Positions 63,501 through 64,000 of a stretch of 64,000 nt of DNA are shown here, one piece after another; the stretch's first letter is position 1, and every line of letters starts with the position of its first letter. The notes under the pieces were generated by a model, which did not search any database, was not told the DNA's origin, and saw nothing but the letters and a program-made list of their open reading frames with translations. The DNA lies in assembly GCA_002104905.1 (NCBI GenBank), contig MCFE01000027.1, positions 165,761-229,760 of the forward strand, in the 5' to 3' direction. Source of the stretch: Basidiobolus meristosporus CBS 931.73. Taxonomy: Eukaryota; Fungi; Basidiobolomycota. The position numbers and the translations under genes were made by a program.

Positions 63501-63714
63501 TGAGTTGTACTGATTTGCGGTAGCTTGTTTGTGGCCAGAATGGCCAGTAGACTGGGGGAACTGAGGGGTATTTCTGGGCGATCACTGGCCAAATTTACTA
63601 GGCAAATTTGACCAATTAGCATTTCAAGGATTTCAGCCAATCAGAGCCTTTACTTTGCCCGATGGTTGATCAAGCCATCTCCCAATGAGCACACATCAAT
63701 TTATTGATCAAATT

Positions 63715-63788
63715 TTGTTGGATCCAGGATTTGAACCCACAACCATGGGTATGGAAGGGTTAGGGATAACCACAAGGCTAAGTGTTCT
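63715..63788 (-). promoter_or_regulatory. tRNA-derived Pol III internal promoter (SINE-like head)
   Basis: Minus strand: A box TAGCCTTGTGG (63780-63770) and perfect B box GGTTCAAATCC (63737-63727) at tRNA-like spacing; acceptor and anticodon stems do not pair. Confidence 0.7.
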
Positions 63789-63791
63789 TGG

Positions 63792-64000
63792 TTAGGGTTA
63801 GGGTTAGGGTTAGGGTTAGGGTTAGGGTTAGGGTTAGGGTTAGGGTTAGGGTTAGGGTTAGGGTTAGGGTTAGGGTTAGGGTTAGGGTTAGGGTTAGGGT
63901 TAGGGTTAGGGTTAGGGTTAGGGTTAGGGTTAGGGTTAGTTAGGGTTAGGGTTAGGGTTAGGGTTAGGGTTAGGGTTAGGGTTAGGGTTAGGGTTAGGGT
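63792..64000 (+). repeat. Telomeric repeat tract (TTAGGG)n
   Basis: About 34 consecutive TTAGGG units to the window end, with one TTAG variant near 63936. Confidence 0.98.

Larger units (their letters stand above)
61116..63790 (-). mobile_element. Telomere-attached non-LTR-type retroelement unit (tRNA-like head, tandem repeats, RT ORF, repeated 3' stem-loop motif)
   Basis: See component features; oriented 5' toward the telomere and bounded by TTAGGG repeats at both ends. Confidence 0.8.

Noticed and set aside
63752-63770. CCCTAACCC as a telomerase RNA template
   Set aside because: It has the right sequence but sits in a degenerate tRNA next to the telomere; I saw no pseudoknot or CR4/5-like structure, so it is more simply telomere-derived
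63715-63788. Functional tRNA gene
   Set aside because: Acceptor, anticodon and T stems do not pair; only the promoter boxes remain
1-64000. CRISPR arrays or rRNA genes
   Set aside because: No regularly spaced repeat-spacer array or rRNA-like sequence seen; the window is eukaryotic

Overview
Eukaryotic, intron-rich fungal DNA. The gene content (RIC1, RAB3GAP1, MCU, 7TM-RGS, DHTKD1-like) suggests an early-diverging fungus; this is inference. The window ends in a (TTAGGG)n tract at 63792-64000, so it is most likely the last 64 kb of a chromosome arm. Positions 1-40 kb are a dense housekeeping block: TPT-family transporter, GMF, Zn-ADH, metacaspase, CobD-like PLP enzyme, prefoldin 4, PPIL1, HDDC2, RIC1, 7TM-RGS, SPT5, MSS4, VMA21, MCU, MATH-BTB, PIG-F, SNX41-like, BCD1 and RAB3GAP1. 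Positions 40-64 kb are a gene-poor subtelomeric zone with mostly intronless nutrient-related genes (secreted bicupin, OPT transporter, a divergent 2-oxoacid dehydrogenase E1, a signal-peptide-bearing guanine deaminase), tRNA-Pro(CGG), degenerate repeats and a duplicated gene fragment. The most unusual structure is a telomere-attached unit at about 61.1-63.8 kb, read on the minus strand away from the telomere. It has a tRNA-derived Pol III A/B-box head abutting the telomere, 77-bp tandem repeats, and an intact LINE-type reverse transcriptase ORF with no recognisable endonuclease. A stem-loop 3' motif is present in three copies, each ending in CCCTAA-like telomeric sequence. Other notable oddities are an MCU whose pore motif reads WGVMEP instead of WDxxEP and an apparently secreted guanine deaminase. 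Exon boundaries and counts were derived by eye; no database searches were run.
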